Shown here: piece after piece, positions 30,591 to 40,676 of the stretch
How the letters are laid out: each line of letters starts with the position of its first letter
How positions within the stretch are numbered: position 1 is the stretch's first letter
Source of the DNA: Promethearchaeia archaeon
Lineage (GTDB): Archaea; Asgardarchaeota; Lokiarchaeia; Sigyniarchaeales; SOKP01
Reading direction: 5' to 3'
Assembly: GCA_029856145.1 (NCBI GenBank)
Contig: JAHQWK010000004.1
Coordinates: 180,641-244,640, forward strand
Length of the DNA: 64,000 nt
Translations under genes and position numbers: made by a program
Notes under the pieces: generated by a model
Databases searched by the model: none
The model's input: only the letters and a program-made list of their open reading frames with translations
What the model was told of the DNA's origin: nothing

Positions 30591-31661
30591 GTGATAATGG
30601 AAACAACTCATAAGGTATATTTTAAAGATTCTTCTAATTTGTCTGAGGTTGAATCAGATTCCATAGATTTAATGATAACCTCACCCCCATATCCAATGAT
30701 TGAGATGTGGGATTCATTATTTTCTTCTTTAAATGGTGAGATTAAACAAACCCTTGAAGATAAGGATGGTAAGAGAGCATTTAATTTAATGCATCAAGAG
30801 CTAGATAAAGTGTGGATTGAAGTTACACGGGTGTTAAAAATAGGAGGAATAGCTTGTGTAAATATTGGAGATGCCACAAGAAAAATCGGTAAGACTTTTC
30901 AATTATTTCCTAATCATGTTAAAATAACTAATTTTTTCCAAGAAAATGATTTTATTGAATTACCGTGCATTTTATGGAGAAAACCAACAAATAGTCCAAA
31001 TAAATTCATGGGTTCCGGCATGCTCCCTCCAAATGCATATGTTACTCTTGAACATGAATATATTTTAATTTTTAGAAAAGGTTATATTAAACGAAAAATG
31101 CCACCGAAATCGGAAAATAGATATAATAGCGCTTTTTTCTGGGAAGAGAGGAACAAATGGTTTTCAGATGTGTGGGAGGACGTAAGAGGGATTTCTCAGA
31201 ATTTAAATGAAAACAATATTAATCAAAAGAATATAAGGAAACGATCAGCAGCTTTCCCTTTAGAAATCCCTTATCGCTTAATTAATATGTTTTCATTATA
31301 TGAAGATATGGTTTTAGACCCGTTCTGGGGAACAGGAACAACCTCATTAGCTGCCATGATCTCTGCAAGAAATTCAATTGGGTATGAAATCAATTCTAAA
31401 TTCATGGGATTGTTTAAAAAAAATATGGGTAAGCTTAGAAAATTAAATAATGAAATAAATAATAATAGATTACATCAACATCTTGAATTTATTAAGCATT
31501 ATAGGAATAAGGTTAAAGATATTAAATATAACTCAGCTCTCTATAAATTTCCAGTAATTACGAAACAGGAAATAGATGTTTTATTATATTGTATAAAAAA
31601 TTATAGTGAAGATGAGAATAAATTTATTCTAAACCATCAAAAATTTGAATTTGCACAATAA
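30591..31661 (+). CDS. DNA amino-methyltransferase, beta class (probably N4-cytosine)
   Basis: ITSPPY precedes LDPFWGTGTT. Confidence 0.9.
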   Translation: MIMETTHKVYFKDSSNLSEVESDSIDLMITSPPYPMIEMWDSLFSSLNGEIKQTLEDKDGKRAFNLMHQELDKVWIEVTRVLKIGGIACVNIGDATRKIGKTFQLFPNHVKITNFFQENDFIELPCILWRKPTNSPNKFMGSGMLPPNAYVTLEHEYILIFRKGYIKRKMPPKSENRYNSAFFWEERNKWFSDVWEDVRGISQNLNENNINQKNIRKRSAAFPLEIPYRLINMFSLYEDMVLDPFWGTGTTSLAAMISARNSIGYEINSKFMGLFKKNMGKLRKLNNEINNNRLHQHLEFIKHYRNKVKDIKYNSALYKFPVITKQEIDVLLYCIKNYSEDENKFILNHQKFEFAQ

Positions 31662-31676
31662 ATAGATAAATTGTTT

Positions 31677-31755
31677 AAATCCTTCCTCGAGCAGAGCATT
31701 CATCAAATAACTTTCCTTAAAAGGGTTTTTTTATTTGAGTCATTATTTTGGATTT
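31677..31755 (-). promoter_or_regulatory. Putative eukaryote-like SECIS element in the 3' UTR
   Basis: AUGAC-UCAAAUAA-AAAAA-CCCUUUUAAGG-AAAG-UUAUUUGA-UGAA: GA/GA quartet, 8-bp helix II, apical As with mini-stem, basal AAAUCC/GGAUUU. Confidence 0.75.
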
Positions 31756-31758
31756 TTT

Positions 31759-32682
31759 TTATTCACAATCTTCTTCGGCTTGCTGGAGATTAATCTTTAT
31801 AAAACCTGCTTCCTGAAGATTCCTTTGTTCAGATTTCACTGATCTATTTACCTGATGTAAATGTTTCATAGCATTTTTTTTTCCTTCTTTGATATTTTCA
31901 ATTAGTTCTTCTTTGCTAAAACCACCAGAAATAACAAGAGCTGTTTGAAAAGAATGATCAGGTTCTAAAGTCATAAATTCAATTTGCATAGCAGATAATA
32001 TTTCTCCTTGTCCTTTATATATAGTATTTGAAAGGTTCATAGTCTTTCTATCGATTTTGAAATCTTTTGTTAGACATGACTCGTAGTTTGTTGATTTTGA
32101 TAGAGGAGAAAACCCACCATATAAACCCGTATTATCATATTGGTAAATAACGTCACTTTCTTCATCATAGTCGGATAGATCATTATCATAACCCATAAGT
32201 CCATTTATATCAAAATCAAAAACAAAATACATTGAAAAATCTTTCAATGCAAAATCTGAAATGTTTTTAATCGTGAAAAAAGTACTAATGTAGGGTATGT
32301 GAGGTGGATTGAAAATGTCTTTGTACACACGAACGAATTGTTTTTTTTCTATTGGGATCGATTTCAAATTTTGTTCTTGAGACAATTTCTTAAAATACTC
32401 TGTAATATTAAAATCTAAAGTAATTCTACTTATAGCAGTCCCCGTACGAGTATTTACCATATTGTATATCGGTGTTGGCTCGATATTTTTGAGAATCACT
32501 GGAATTGTTCCAATTTCTTTCCCTTCTAGTGTAAAGCTAAACCAAGGACCAGTTAATTCTTGTTCACTAAGATATACAAGATACTTTCCTTTGTATGTCA
32601 GTTCTTTAATTGAAAATCCCATTACATAGCCTTGAGCGTTTCAAGTTGCAACTACATCATGCCAAATAATTTTAAGTACTAT
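31759..32682 (-). CDS. Probable selenoprotein of unknown function (Sec14; beta-sandwich-like domain); 307 aa
   Basis: AAGGAGGT, 8-nt spacer, ATA start; MVLKIIWHDVVAT-TGA-NAQGYV in frame with the 287-aa ORF; SECIS-like hairpin after the stop. Confidence 0.7.
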
Positions 32683-32788
32683 TTTTTTTAACCTCCTTCA
32701 AATTATTTTAAATTATTATATTTTATATAGATAGTTTATCAATTATTAAAAAAAATAAGAATTCATAAAAAAGTTTGTAATGAATGTA

Positions 32789-33772
32789 TTAAAGGTTTTC
32801 TACAACTCTATACGCAATATATAAGAAAGCATCATTAACATTCTCACCCGTTAAAGCTGATGTAAGAATATAATGAAAACCAAATTCGTTAGCAACCTCC
32901 TTTATCTCTTCTTCACTTATTACAATTTCATCCACTAGATCTGATTTGTTTCCCACAATTACTACAGGGATCGTTCTTTTAAGTGTTTTTTGAATCTCAT
33001 TATACCATTTTTCAATACTTTTTAGATTATTTGGACGAGTTCTATCTACAACTATGAATGCGGCATTAGCTCCGTTATAGAATCTTGCTCTATTCAAGTC
33101 AAATTGACTTTGGCCTCCAATATCCCATATAATAAAATTCAATTTTGTCTTTTCGCTTAAAATTACCGTTTTTTTGCTTAATTGGACTCCGATTGTACTA
33201 ATATAGTCTTTCTCGAATCTATTTTTGATAAATCGTCTAATTAATGATGTTTTACCAACCTGATAATCTCCCGTTAATATTAATTTATTTGAATATTCTC
33301 CTGCTAAATTTGGAAGTTGACCTCCTCGAGTTTTTGACAATGCTTTTATAATCTCAGGTATCTTTGGTGATACAAATTGATTTCCAAGTAAAATAAGTTC
33401 AATTTTAGAAGCTATATGTTCAGAATAAACCTTTAATTCAATATCCGCTGTGGATTGATCTGCTACTGTTGATAAAATTGAATTTGGCCCCATTGAACTA
33501 AAAATAAACTTCTTATCCCCTGTCTCTGTGATATTAAAGAAACTATCTGTTGTTCCAAACTCGGCTTTAATTCTATCTATGTAAGCCTGATCTAGCGTGG
33601 CTGATAATGCTCCAATTATTGCATCTGATTCCTCCTTATTTTCTTGCTTAGACTCTGAAGCGATAATAAATCCGTTTCTATCACATATAGCCACTCCTAA
33701 AATACCTTCCACTTCATTAAAATAATTTTTTAAAATTTCTTTTAACAGATTAGTACTTTGAAGCCGTTCCAT
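32789..33772 (-). CDS. Roadblock/LC7 domain fused to a Rab-like GTPase
   Basis: GILGVAICDRNGFIIAS; GDYQVGKTS, TIG, WDIGGQ, GNKSD, TSA. Confidence 0.9.
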   Translation of the reverse strand: MERLQSTNLLKEILKNYFNEVEGILGVAICDRNGFIIASESKQENKEESDAIIGALSATLDQAYIDRIKAEFGTTDSFFNITETGDKKFIFSSMGPNSILSTVADQSTADIELKVYSEHIASKIELILLGNQFVSPKIPEIIKALSKTRGGQLPNLAGEYSNKLILTGDYQVGKTSLIRRFIKNRFEKDYISTIGVQLSKKTVILSEKTKLNFIIWDIGGQSQFDLNRARFYNGANAAFIVVDRTRPNNLKSIEKWYNEIQKTLKRTIPVVIVGNKSDLVDEIVISEEEIKEVANEFGFHYILTSALTGENVNDAFLYIAYRVVENL

Positions 33773-33919
33773 TGGTATTCAACTTTTTTTTAAATTACTA
33801 TATTCTTAGATAATATAAAAATAATATAAATATAGGTATTTGGATAATATTAAAGTCATATCTAAGTCCAGTTCTACATACCATTCTATTTTAAATTCAT
33901 TTATTATCTTTTTTCAATC

Positions 33920-34087
33920 ATGATAGACACATCATCTCGTGATTCTGATATCATAAAATATGAAGAAAATATAGCCCAACTCTTAGACAGAGCAGTAAAA
34001 CTCTTTAGAAGAACTAATTTAAATGAATTAGCGGATAAATGGGATAAAATATTAAAGACTTACGATTCCAAAAAGAGATCTCATTAA
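33920..34087 (+). CDS. Small helical ORF or gene remnant (55 aa)
   Basis: MIDTSSRDSD...LADKWDKILK; below the ORF track cutoff. Confidence 0.35.
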   Translation: MIDTSSRDSDIIKYEENIAQLLDRAVKLFRRTNLNELADKWDKILKTYDSKKRSH

Positions 34088-34103
34088 ACCAAGCGATTAA
34101 ATT

Positions 34104-36017
34104 TTAATTATTAAGAGTTTTCAAATAATTCAGGATGTATTTTCGGTTATTATCAGTAATCTCATATAAATTAAAAACTAATAAATCGATGGTTTCTTGG
34201 AGATGTTCCAATTCATCAAAGTTTTCTAAAATGAGTTTAACATTTTCTATTATTTTTTTAGCATTCTCTTTTTCTTTATTAGAAATAGGAACTTTAATCG
34301 GAAAATCTTCTATTTTTTCTATTAAAATTCTTGGAAATAATTTTTTATAAGTTCCAAAGGATTTAATGAAGAAATATGAGAAAAGCATTGAATTTAAAAG
34401 CCCTAATAAATAAAAATTATTAAATTCAGAAATAGGGGATTGTTTGATTCTTAAATTATAAAAAGATTGAGAAGTTAGTGATAAATTCTTATCATATGTA
34501 GCACAAATTTTACTATTTTGGCTTAATTGTCTTATTATTATGCGATCTTCATAAAGGCTAAACTCTTTATAATTTATTCCGACTTTAGAAGTATCAATAT
34601 ATTTGTATTGAGTTATCTGATAACGGATTATAGAATATAGAAATAATTGAAAATTATCTTTTGTCGCATTTGAAGGAATTGCTTCATAAACTATGTTTTC
34701 ACTATTCTTTTCATTTAGAGGTGAGTTACATATATGACATTTTAATTTCTTTTGAGGAATTGGCAAATATTTATTACATATTTTACAAAATATTATCTTT
34801 CCTTTTTTAGTTAGCTCAACTCCCCTACCTAATACTAGTTTAATATTATATTTCTTTGATAAATCCTTTAATTTCAGAAATTTTGTGCTTAATTGCTCAA
34901 GAATTAATATATCAATTTCATTTAAATGGATTAAAAATTTATAATTCCACTTTTCTATAATATTTTGGGGGATAGATTCTTCGTGTTGATTTAACACTTT
35001 TAATTTGATATAGTTACTTTTTCTTTCTGATATATCATCTTCCTTTTCTAAAATTATAATAATATTTGAAACAACAGGATCACTGAATTTTGGGCCTGTA
35101 TGATAAATTTCTTTAATTTTTGTAGAATTATATATATATTTCCTAAGAATTGACCGATTTGAAAGAGCTAAAAGTGAATCTGGGACGATATAACCTAACA
35201 TGCCCCCTTTTTTCAAAATCTTTATTCCAAGTTCCATAAATATCTGATAATAATCGTATTGACCATCATTAGTTTCAAAATTAGATGTTTCAATAATTTG
35301 CCTTTGATCTAAGGGAATATCTCTTATAAATAAATAGGGAGGGTTTCCTACTACATAATCATACTTTTTTTCACTGTCAATCATTAATGTGTTAAAATTT
35401 TTTATATTGAACCATGGTAGATGATAGTTTGGCTCAAAAGATAAAATCAAATTTAATAATTCGAATAAAGTGAAATGAATATTAATCTGACATAAAATAC
35501 AAGCAATTGGATTAATATCTATGCCAAAAATACTCTTTTTAACTATTGAAATTATACCTTTAGCTTCTTCAACTGTTAATTCAGAAATTATTTCTCGTTT
35601 ATAAATTCTAAGACATCTTTCAATCAAAATTCTAATTGCCTGGATGATAAAACTTCCAGAACCACAGCTAATATCAATTAATTTTTTTGTTTCAATCTGC
35701 TTAAGGTAATTATAATCTACAGCATCTAAGATATATTTAACTACAGGAGAGGGAGTATAAAATTCACCAAGTTTTTTTTTCTCTTTATGATTTCGCGTCT
35801 TTTCATATATCTTACTAAACACATCAAAAGTAATATCATATAAATCAAAGGAGATACTATCTTTTATGGTATTTTCGGCATTATTAAATGAACCAAGACT
35901 TTCAATTATTCTATTTAGGAAAACATCGCCATTATGATTATTCAAGCTAACTTTATGAAATTGTTTTAAATTTCCAATAACATTTTCCTTTTCCAGATAA
36001 TCAATAAAATCTTGCAT
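34104..36017 (-). CDS. N6-adenine DNA methyltransferase, gamma class (Eco57I/TaqI-like), with a Cys4 insert
   Basis: GEFYTP, DISCGSGSF, VGNPPY; CKIC..CHIC; YLLGLLNS. Confidence 0.88.
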   Translation of the reverse strand: MQDFIDYLEKENVIGNLKQFHKVSLNNHNGDVFLNRIIESLGSFNNAENTIKDSISFDLYDITFDVFSKIYEKTRNHKEKKKLGEFYTPSPVVKYILDAVDYNYLKQIETKKLIDISCGSGSFIIQAIRILIERCLRIYKREIISELTVEEAKGIISIVKKSIFGIDINPIACILCQINIHFTLFELLNLILSFEPNYHLPWFNIKNFNTLMIDSEKKYDYVVGNPPYLFIRDIPLDQRQIIETSNFETNDGQYDYYQIFMELGIKILKKGGMLGYIVPDSLLALSNRSILRKYIYNSTKIKEIYHTGPKFSDPVVSNIIIILEKEDDISERKSNYIKLKVLNQHEESIPQNIIEKWNYKFLIHLNEIDILILEQLSTKFLKLKDLSKKYNIKLVLGRGVELTKKGKIIFCKICNKYLPIPQKKLKCHICNSPLNEKNSENIVYEAIPSNATKDNFQLFLYSIIRYQITQYKYIDTSKVGINYKEFSLYEDRIIIRQLSQNSKICATYDKNLSLTSQSFYNLRIKQSPISEFNNFYLLGLLNSMLFSYFFIKSFGTYKKLFPRILIEKIEDFPIKVPISNKEKENAKKIIENVKLILENFDELEHLQETIDLLVFNLYEITDNNRKYILNYLKTLNN

Positions 36018-36232
36018 ATAGAATTGAAACTTGAGACCCTTTTTTTAAAATTAAATTATAAGAATATTTCTTTTTTATTATTTGTAATTTAATAGTAGAA
36101 ATTAAATATTGAGACAATGTTATAAAATTGAATAAAATACAAATTGAGAAATAAGATTCTTAAATATATCAAATTTAAATAATATTAACCTATATGTTTT
36201 TTGTCTGAGTAAAAGGAATTCATAGATGAATT

Positions 36233-37333
36233 ATGATAATCGATATATTTCTGATCATAGTTTCAATAATCATTTCTATGATTGGGCTTTCTTTTCTTTA
36301 TTTCAATCGCAGAAATTTCGGTAGTAAACTAAATGTCTTTTTAAACGGCTCAATTTATTTATTTTTGGGGATGCTATTTTTCACATTTTTCTTTTTATCC
36401 GCAGAGACTTATTTTACAGAAGATATTGTACTCGCATTGTGGTATCTCTCAATATTTTTTTGGGTTTTTTCTTTAAGTATGTTGAGTCTTATTCATAGCT
36501 TTGTAATTATTTTCGAAAAGAAAGCAGTTTTTTCAATGCTTTTTTATTCACTAATGATCGGGATAATTTTGGGGTTGTTATTCATTCCCGATTCATTTAC
36601 AATTAATTTAAATAATGGATTCTATAGTTTTATATTTCAGAACATGATACTCTTGTATTTTCTACTAAGTTATAATTCTATTATAATTGGTGTAATGTGC
36701 TATAATCTTATAAAAAATTATTTCCGTATTCGAGATAATAAATCAAGAAAAATGGTAATTATTCTTACCTTTGAATTTTGTCTTATTACAATTTTATATT
36801 CTGTTTATATTATATCGCAAAACATCATAATCAGGTATTTTTATGGTGCTCTTTATTTAGTCGGTGCAATTTTTGCGTCCTATTATTTAATTAAAAAGCC
36901 TTTTCTATTCATTGAACTAACTAATAAGATCTATGATTTTATTATCTTTCATAGAAGTGGAATTCTTCTTTATTCATATAATTTCGAGACTGGAGAAGAA
37001 ACAGACGAATCTCTCTTAAAAGGGTCTATACTTATAGGAATTAATCATATTCTTTCAAATTTTATTAATAAAAAAGATCAATTAGGTCTCATTAAAATGC
37101 AGAATAGAGATATTATATTTGAATATGATATTAATCATGGTTACGCTCTATTATTAACTACTAATCATAAAAATGCTTTTATCGATAAAGCCGTGAGCAA
37201 TTTTATGAAAAAATTCACAGGCTTAAATAAAGAAAAATTGAAGAATCTGACTGGTCTTATTGATGTCTCAGAATTTAGAAATGCAAAAGACATGATATTA
37301 GAATTTTTTGAGCCTTTTATAATAAAAGGTTAA
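36233..37333 (+). CDS. Multi-pass (about 7 TM) membrane protein with C-terminal longin-like domain
   Basis: About seven hydrophobic segments, then IIFHRSGILLYSYNF..GSILIGINHILSNF. Confidence 0.75.
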   Translation: MIIDIFLIIVSIIISMIGLSFLYFNRRNFGSKLNVFLNGSIYLFLGMLFFTFFFLSAETYFTEDIVLALWYLSIFFWVFSLSMLSLIHSFVIIFEKKAVFSMLFYSLMIGIILGLLFIPDSFTINLNNGFYSFIFQNMILLYFLLSYNSIIIGVMCYNLIKNYFRIRDNKSRKMVIILTFEFCLITILYSVYIISQNIIIRYFYGALYLVGAIFASYYLIKKPFLFIELTNKIYDFIIFHRSGILLYSYNFETGEETDESLLKGSILIGINHILSNFINKKDQLGLIKMQNRDIIFEYDINHGYALLLTTNHKNAFIDKAVSNFMKKFTGLNKEKLKNLTGLIDVSEFRNAKDMILEFFEPFIIKG

Positions 37334-37538
37334 TCAGATTAGAAAAATAGGTTTTTTGAAAAAAGAAATCTAATATAACTGATTTTTTTAAATTAATGTT
37401 AGCTTTTATCAATAATAAAATAAAATTATATTTATGACTGTGCCTTCTATAATCAATAATATACTTGATATTAATATATTATTTATAGAAATCACATCGT
37501 AGGTAAAGATAAACAAATTATATTTGTGAATAAATTAT

Positions 37539-38681
37539 ATGTCCAGTGTATTCTTGATAATAATAATAATTGGATTTGTTTTCACTTTATGTGTTAGTAT
37601 ATATACCCTGATTTTCATCTTCAAATATCATGGCAAATATGGTATAAGATTTACAGCAATTTTAAATTTCTTAGCGATTTTCAATGCTGTTATAATTTAT
37701 TCTACTCTTTATATGTTTTCGGTACTAATTTTATTTTCTGAAAGCATCAACATCTTATTATGGAAACTTTCTTTAATATCTGGTTTTATATCGTTATTTA
37801 TTACTTCATTAATCTACACATTTTTAAACGAATTCAAGAGGATTCCATATTTTCCTTTTTTAGTCTTTACTACACTTTTTGGGTTATTAATTGGATCGTT
37901 TTTTTCACCAAATTCGGTTCAGATTTCCATCAATTCTCTCAATTCTCCCCCATTTTTGGTTAATGATATTTCAATAATAAATTACATATTTAATCTTATG
38001 ACTGGATTAATCATAGGAATATTTCAATTATCCTTTGTGCTTTATTATTTCTTACTTTCTTATGTGATATATACTAAAGCAAGGAATAAAGAACCGGTTA
38101 AGGGTTTAATTGTTAATACATTTATCTTTTTTGTCCCCATCTTAATGTATATTTTATATATTACTTTTCAGGTCTCGATTTTTAGAGAATTACATATTCT
38201 TTCTTTATGGATTAATATCTTGTCGATTTGTTATATGTTAGTGAGAAAACCCGAAATGTTTTCAGAATTAACAAATAAAATTTATTACATCAATATTTAC
38301 CATAAATCAGGTATTTTATTATATTCCTATCAATTTGGAACTGAAAATAATCAGGTTGATTCAACTATATGGGGAAATATTCTTATAGGAATCAACCATA
38401 TTCTCTCTGAATTTGTTGATCCAAAAGACCAAATCGAAGTAATCCAAACTGACAACTCAGATATTATCGTAAATTATGATAGTCTTGGATTTGCTGTGAT
38501 GTTAATAACTAATCGTAAAAATCCTATTTTAAAAAAACTAATGGATAAATTTGCTAAAGAATTTAAAAATAAATATGAAAAAGAATTAACTGAAATTCAA
38601 GATCTAAATAAATTAATTAATGTTTCTGAATTCAAACAGACCAAAGGTGTTATTGAAAAAAATTTTCAAATGTACTTATAG
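37539..38681 (+). CDS. Multi-pass (about 7 TM) membrane protein with C-terminal longin-like domain (paralog)
   Basis: NIYHKSGILLYSYQF..GNILIGINHILSEF..LINVSEF. Confidence 0.75.
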   Translation: MSSVFLIIIIIGFVFTLCVSIYTLIFIFKYHGKYGIRFTAILNFLAIFNAVIIYSTLYMFSVLILFSESINILLWKLSLISGFISLFITSLIYTFLNEFKRIPYFPFLVFTTLFGLLIGSFFSPNSVQISINSLNSPPFLVNDISIINYIFNLMTGLIIGIFQLSFVLYYFLLSYVIYTKARNKEPVKGLIVNTFIFFVPILMYILYITFQVSIFRELHILSLWINILSICYMLVRKPEMFSELTNKIYYINIYHKSGILLYSYQFGTENNQVDSTIWGNILIGINHILSEFVDPKDQIEVIQTDNSDIIVNYDSLGFAVMLITNRKNPILKKLMDKFAKEFKNKYEKELTEIQDLNKLINVSEFKQTKGVIEKNFQMYL

Positions 38682-38769
38682 AGGTTTTTTCTATTAAAAT
38701 TTATAACCTATAAATATAAATAAAATAACCAACATTTGAAATTAAAAAAAATTTTGGTGTAAGAACAGA

Positions 38770-39324
38770 TTGTCAATAAAATTTTGTTCCAAATGTGGAA
38801 ATGAATTAGAACCAGAAGCAACTTTTTGTCCTTCTTGTGGAGCAGATTTAGGAGTAAAAGAGGAATTTGTTAAAACAGATTCAGCTAACGTAGAATACGC
38901 AGGTTTTGGAAGTAGATTAATTGCTCTCATTATTGATAGCATCATTATCGGTCTAATTGGTTCCACTCTTTCATTTGTCATCTTTATCTCGTGGATACCT
39001 TTTAATATTTTCGATCCTCTGGGTGGATGGTGGTATGTCGGCTTTCCCTTTGATTGGATGCTTGGATTTTTATATCACTGGGGCTTTGAAGCTGGTAAAA
39101 ATGGCCAGACTGTAGGGAAAATGGCAATGAAAATTAAGACTGTAGATGAGAAGACTTTAAGTGCCGCAACAACAAAGAATTATGCTATTAATAATATTTT
39201 TAAGAGTTCTCCTTTTCTAATATTAGATTTTATCATTGGAATCATCAAAAACTCAGGAGATTCTAAAAGAAGAATAAGAATCATGCAAAATACCTCTGAG
39301 ACAGTAGTAATTAATGCAAAATAA
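38770..39324 (+). CDS. Zinc-ribbon RDD-family membrane protein
   Basis: CSKCG..FCPSCG; AGFGSRLIALIIDS; GQTVGKMAM. Confidence 0.85.
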   Translation: MSIKFCSKCGNELEPEATFCPSCGADLGVKEEFVKTDSANVEYAGFGSRLIALIIDSIIIGLIGSTLSFVIFISWIPFNIFDPLGGWWYVGFPFDWMLGFLYHWGFEAGKNGQTVGKMAMKIKTVDEKTLSAATTKNYAINNIFKSSPFLILDFIIGIIKNSGDSKRRIRIMQNTSETVVINAK

Positions 39325-39462
39325 GTATGCCTAAAAATTTTTAATAATCTTTTTTTATTTGTTAGAAATTTATCAGTATCTAAATATTTATAAAGGCATG
39401 TTTGTATGAATATCCTCAGAGATTATATTTTCAATATCTCATTAATAGAGATGATTCTATAA

Positions 39463-39663
39463 ATGGAACAAATTCAAGATTATGAGTGGGCTCATGACTG
39501 GAAAATTATTGTAGGTATATTTGAAAATATTGATAAATTAAAATCATTATTTACACAATTAGATGTGCCTTACCTAAGAGTAGTTCAGCAAAAAATCCTA
39601 ATATTAAATCTTGAAAAATATGCTTGGTCTTTGCAGGAATACATTATTCAGAAATACAGTTAA
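39463..39663 (+). CDS. Small hypothetical protein (66 aa)
   Basis: Clean ORF with protein-like composition. Confidence 0.6.
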   Translation: MEQIQDYEWAHDWKIIVGIFENIDKLKSLFTQLDVPYLRVVQQKILILNLEKYAWSLQEYIIQKYS

Positions 39664-39712
39664 TTAAGGGAATTTTAGCTAATTTTTAAAAAATATATAT
39701 TTGCGCTCCAAT

Positions 39713-40429
39713 CTATTTTCTTTTCTTTATTTTATTAAAGAGATCCACAATATTTACCTTTAACATGAGGTAAACTGTAATAACAGTAAAATACATAGTA
39801 ATTATACTTAATATCCAATTTTCTGCCCCCAAGAAAATACATATATTAAATAAATTATACGCAAAAATAAGCATTAATCCTAATTTTCCAAGCCATACCC
39901 AAAAAATTGTCTTTTTCACATCATATTTTATCAAACCCAATGGTATTGTAATCATATCATCATTTAATGGGGTAAATCCAAAAAGAAATATTAGAAAGGG
40001 GGCAAGTTTTGGATGTTCCATTAGATATTGTTGATATTTTTTTAAGTTTTCTTTACGTTCAACTGAAATTACTTCTGAAGCTCCTCTACCAACAAGATAA
40101 CCCCCCATCTCTCCTACCAAGCATCCTAATGACGCGATAAATCCTACTAAAAGGGGAATAAAAATATTCATTTGTCGAAAAGGTAGGGAACTAAAACAAA
40201 CTACAAAAATATACGGAGTAGGGACAGGGAGTAAGTTTCCAATCATACACACCCAAAAAGTAATGAGAAGACCAGAGCCTAAATCTTGAAAGGGGGCATA
40301 AAGCGAAATATTTTCTATAAGTTCTCTATGAGATTCATTTAATAAAAGATCTATTACTATTATAGCTAAGGCTATAAGTAAAATAATGAAAACAAAGTCA
40401 ATCTTTTTAAGTTTCAATTTAATTTCCAT
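39713..40429 (-). CDS. DedA/VTT (SNARE-associated) membrane protein
   Basis: LPVPTPY, GEMGGYLVGRG, FGFTPLNDD..PLG. Confidence 0.85.
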   Translation of the reverse strand: MEIKLKLKKIDFVFIILLIALAIIVIDLLLNESHRELIENISLYAPFQDLGSGLLITFWVCMIGNLLPVPTPYIFVVCFSSLPFRQMNIFIPLLVGFIASLGCLVGEMGGYLVGRGASEVISVERKENLKKYQQYLMEHPKLAPFLIFLFGFTPLNDDMITIPLGLIKYDVKKTIFWVWLGKLGLMLIFAYNLFNICIFLGAENWILSIITMYFTVITVYLMLKVNIVDLFNKIKKRK

Positions 40430-40490
40430 ATTCTTTATGATAATTAAGGTAAACGAATTAGAATTATAAAATTAATGATTTAAGAGCATT

Positions 40491-40643
40491 TTAAGGCATT
40501 GAAAGACTTATAAAAATAATACTTAAGATTATGCTAATAAAAATAACTACTATAATAACTATCCCAAGTATTTTTCTTTTCTTATGCCTTTTTCTTAATG
40601 ATATCCTGTGAAGCTGAGAAGGGCCACGTCGAACATGAGACAA
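40491..40643 (-). CDS. Basic tail-anchored membrane microprotein (50 aa)
   Basis: TTG start; MSHVRRGPSQLHRISLRKRHKKRK-ILGIVIIVVIFISIILSIIFISLSMP*. Confidence 0.6.
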   Translation of the reverse strand: MSHVRRGPSQLHRISLRKRHKKRKILGIVIIVVIFISIILSIIFISLSMP

Positions 40644-40676
40644 TGTACTTTCTTTCAAAAAGAGATGATTTTAAAA

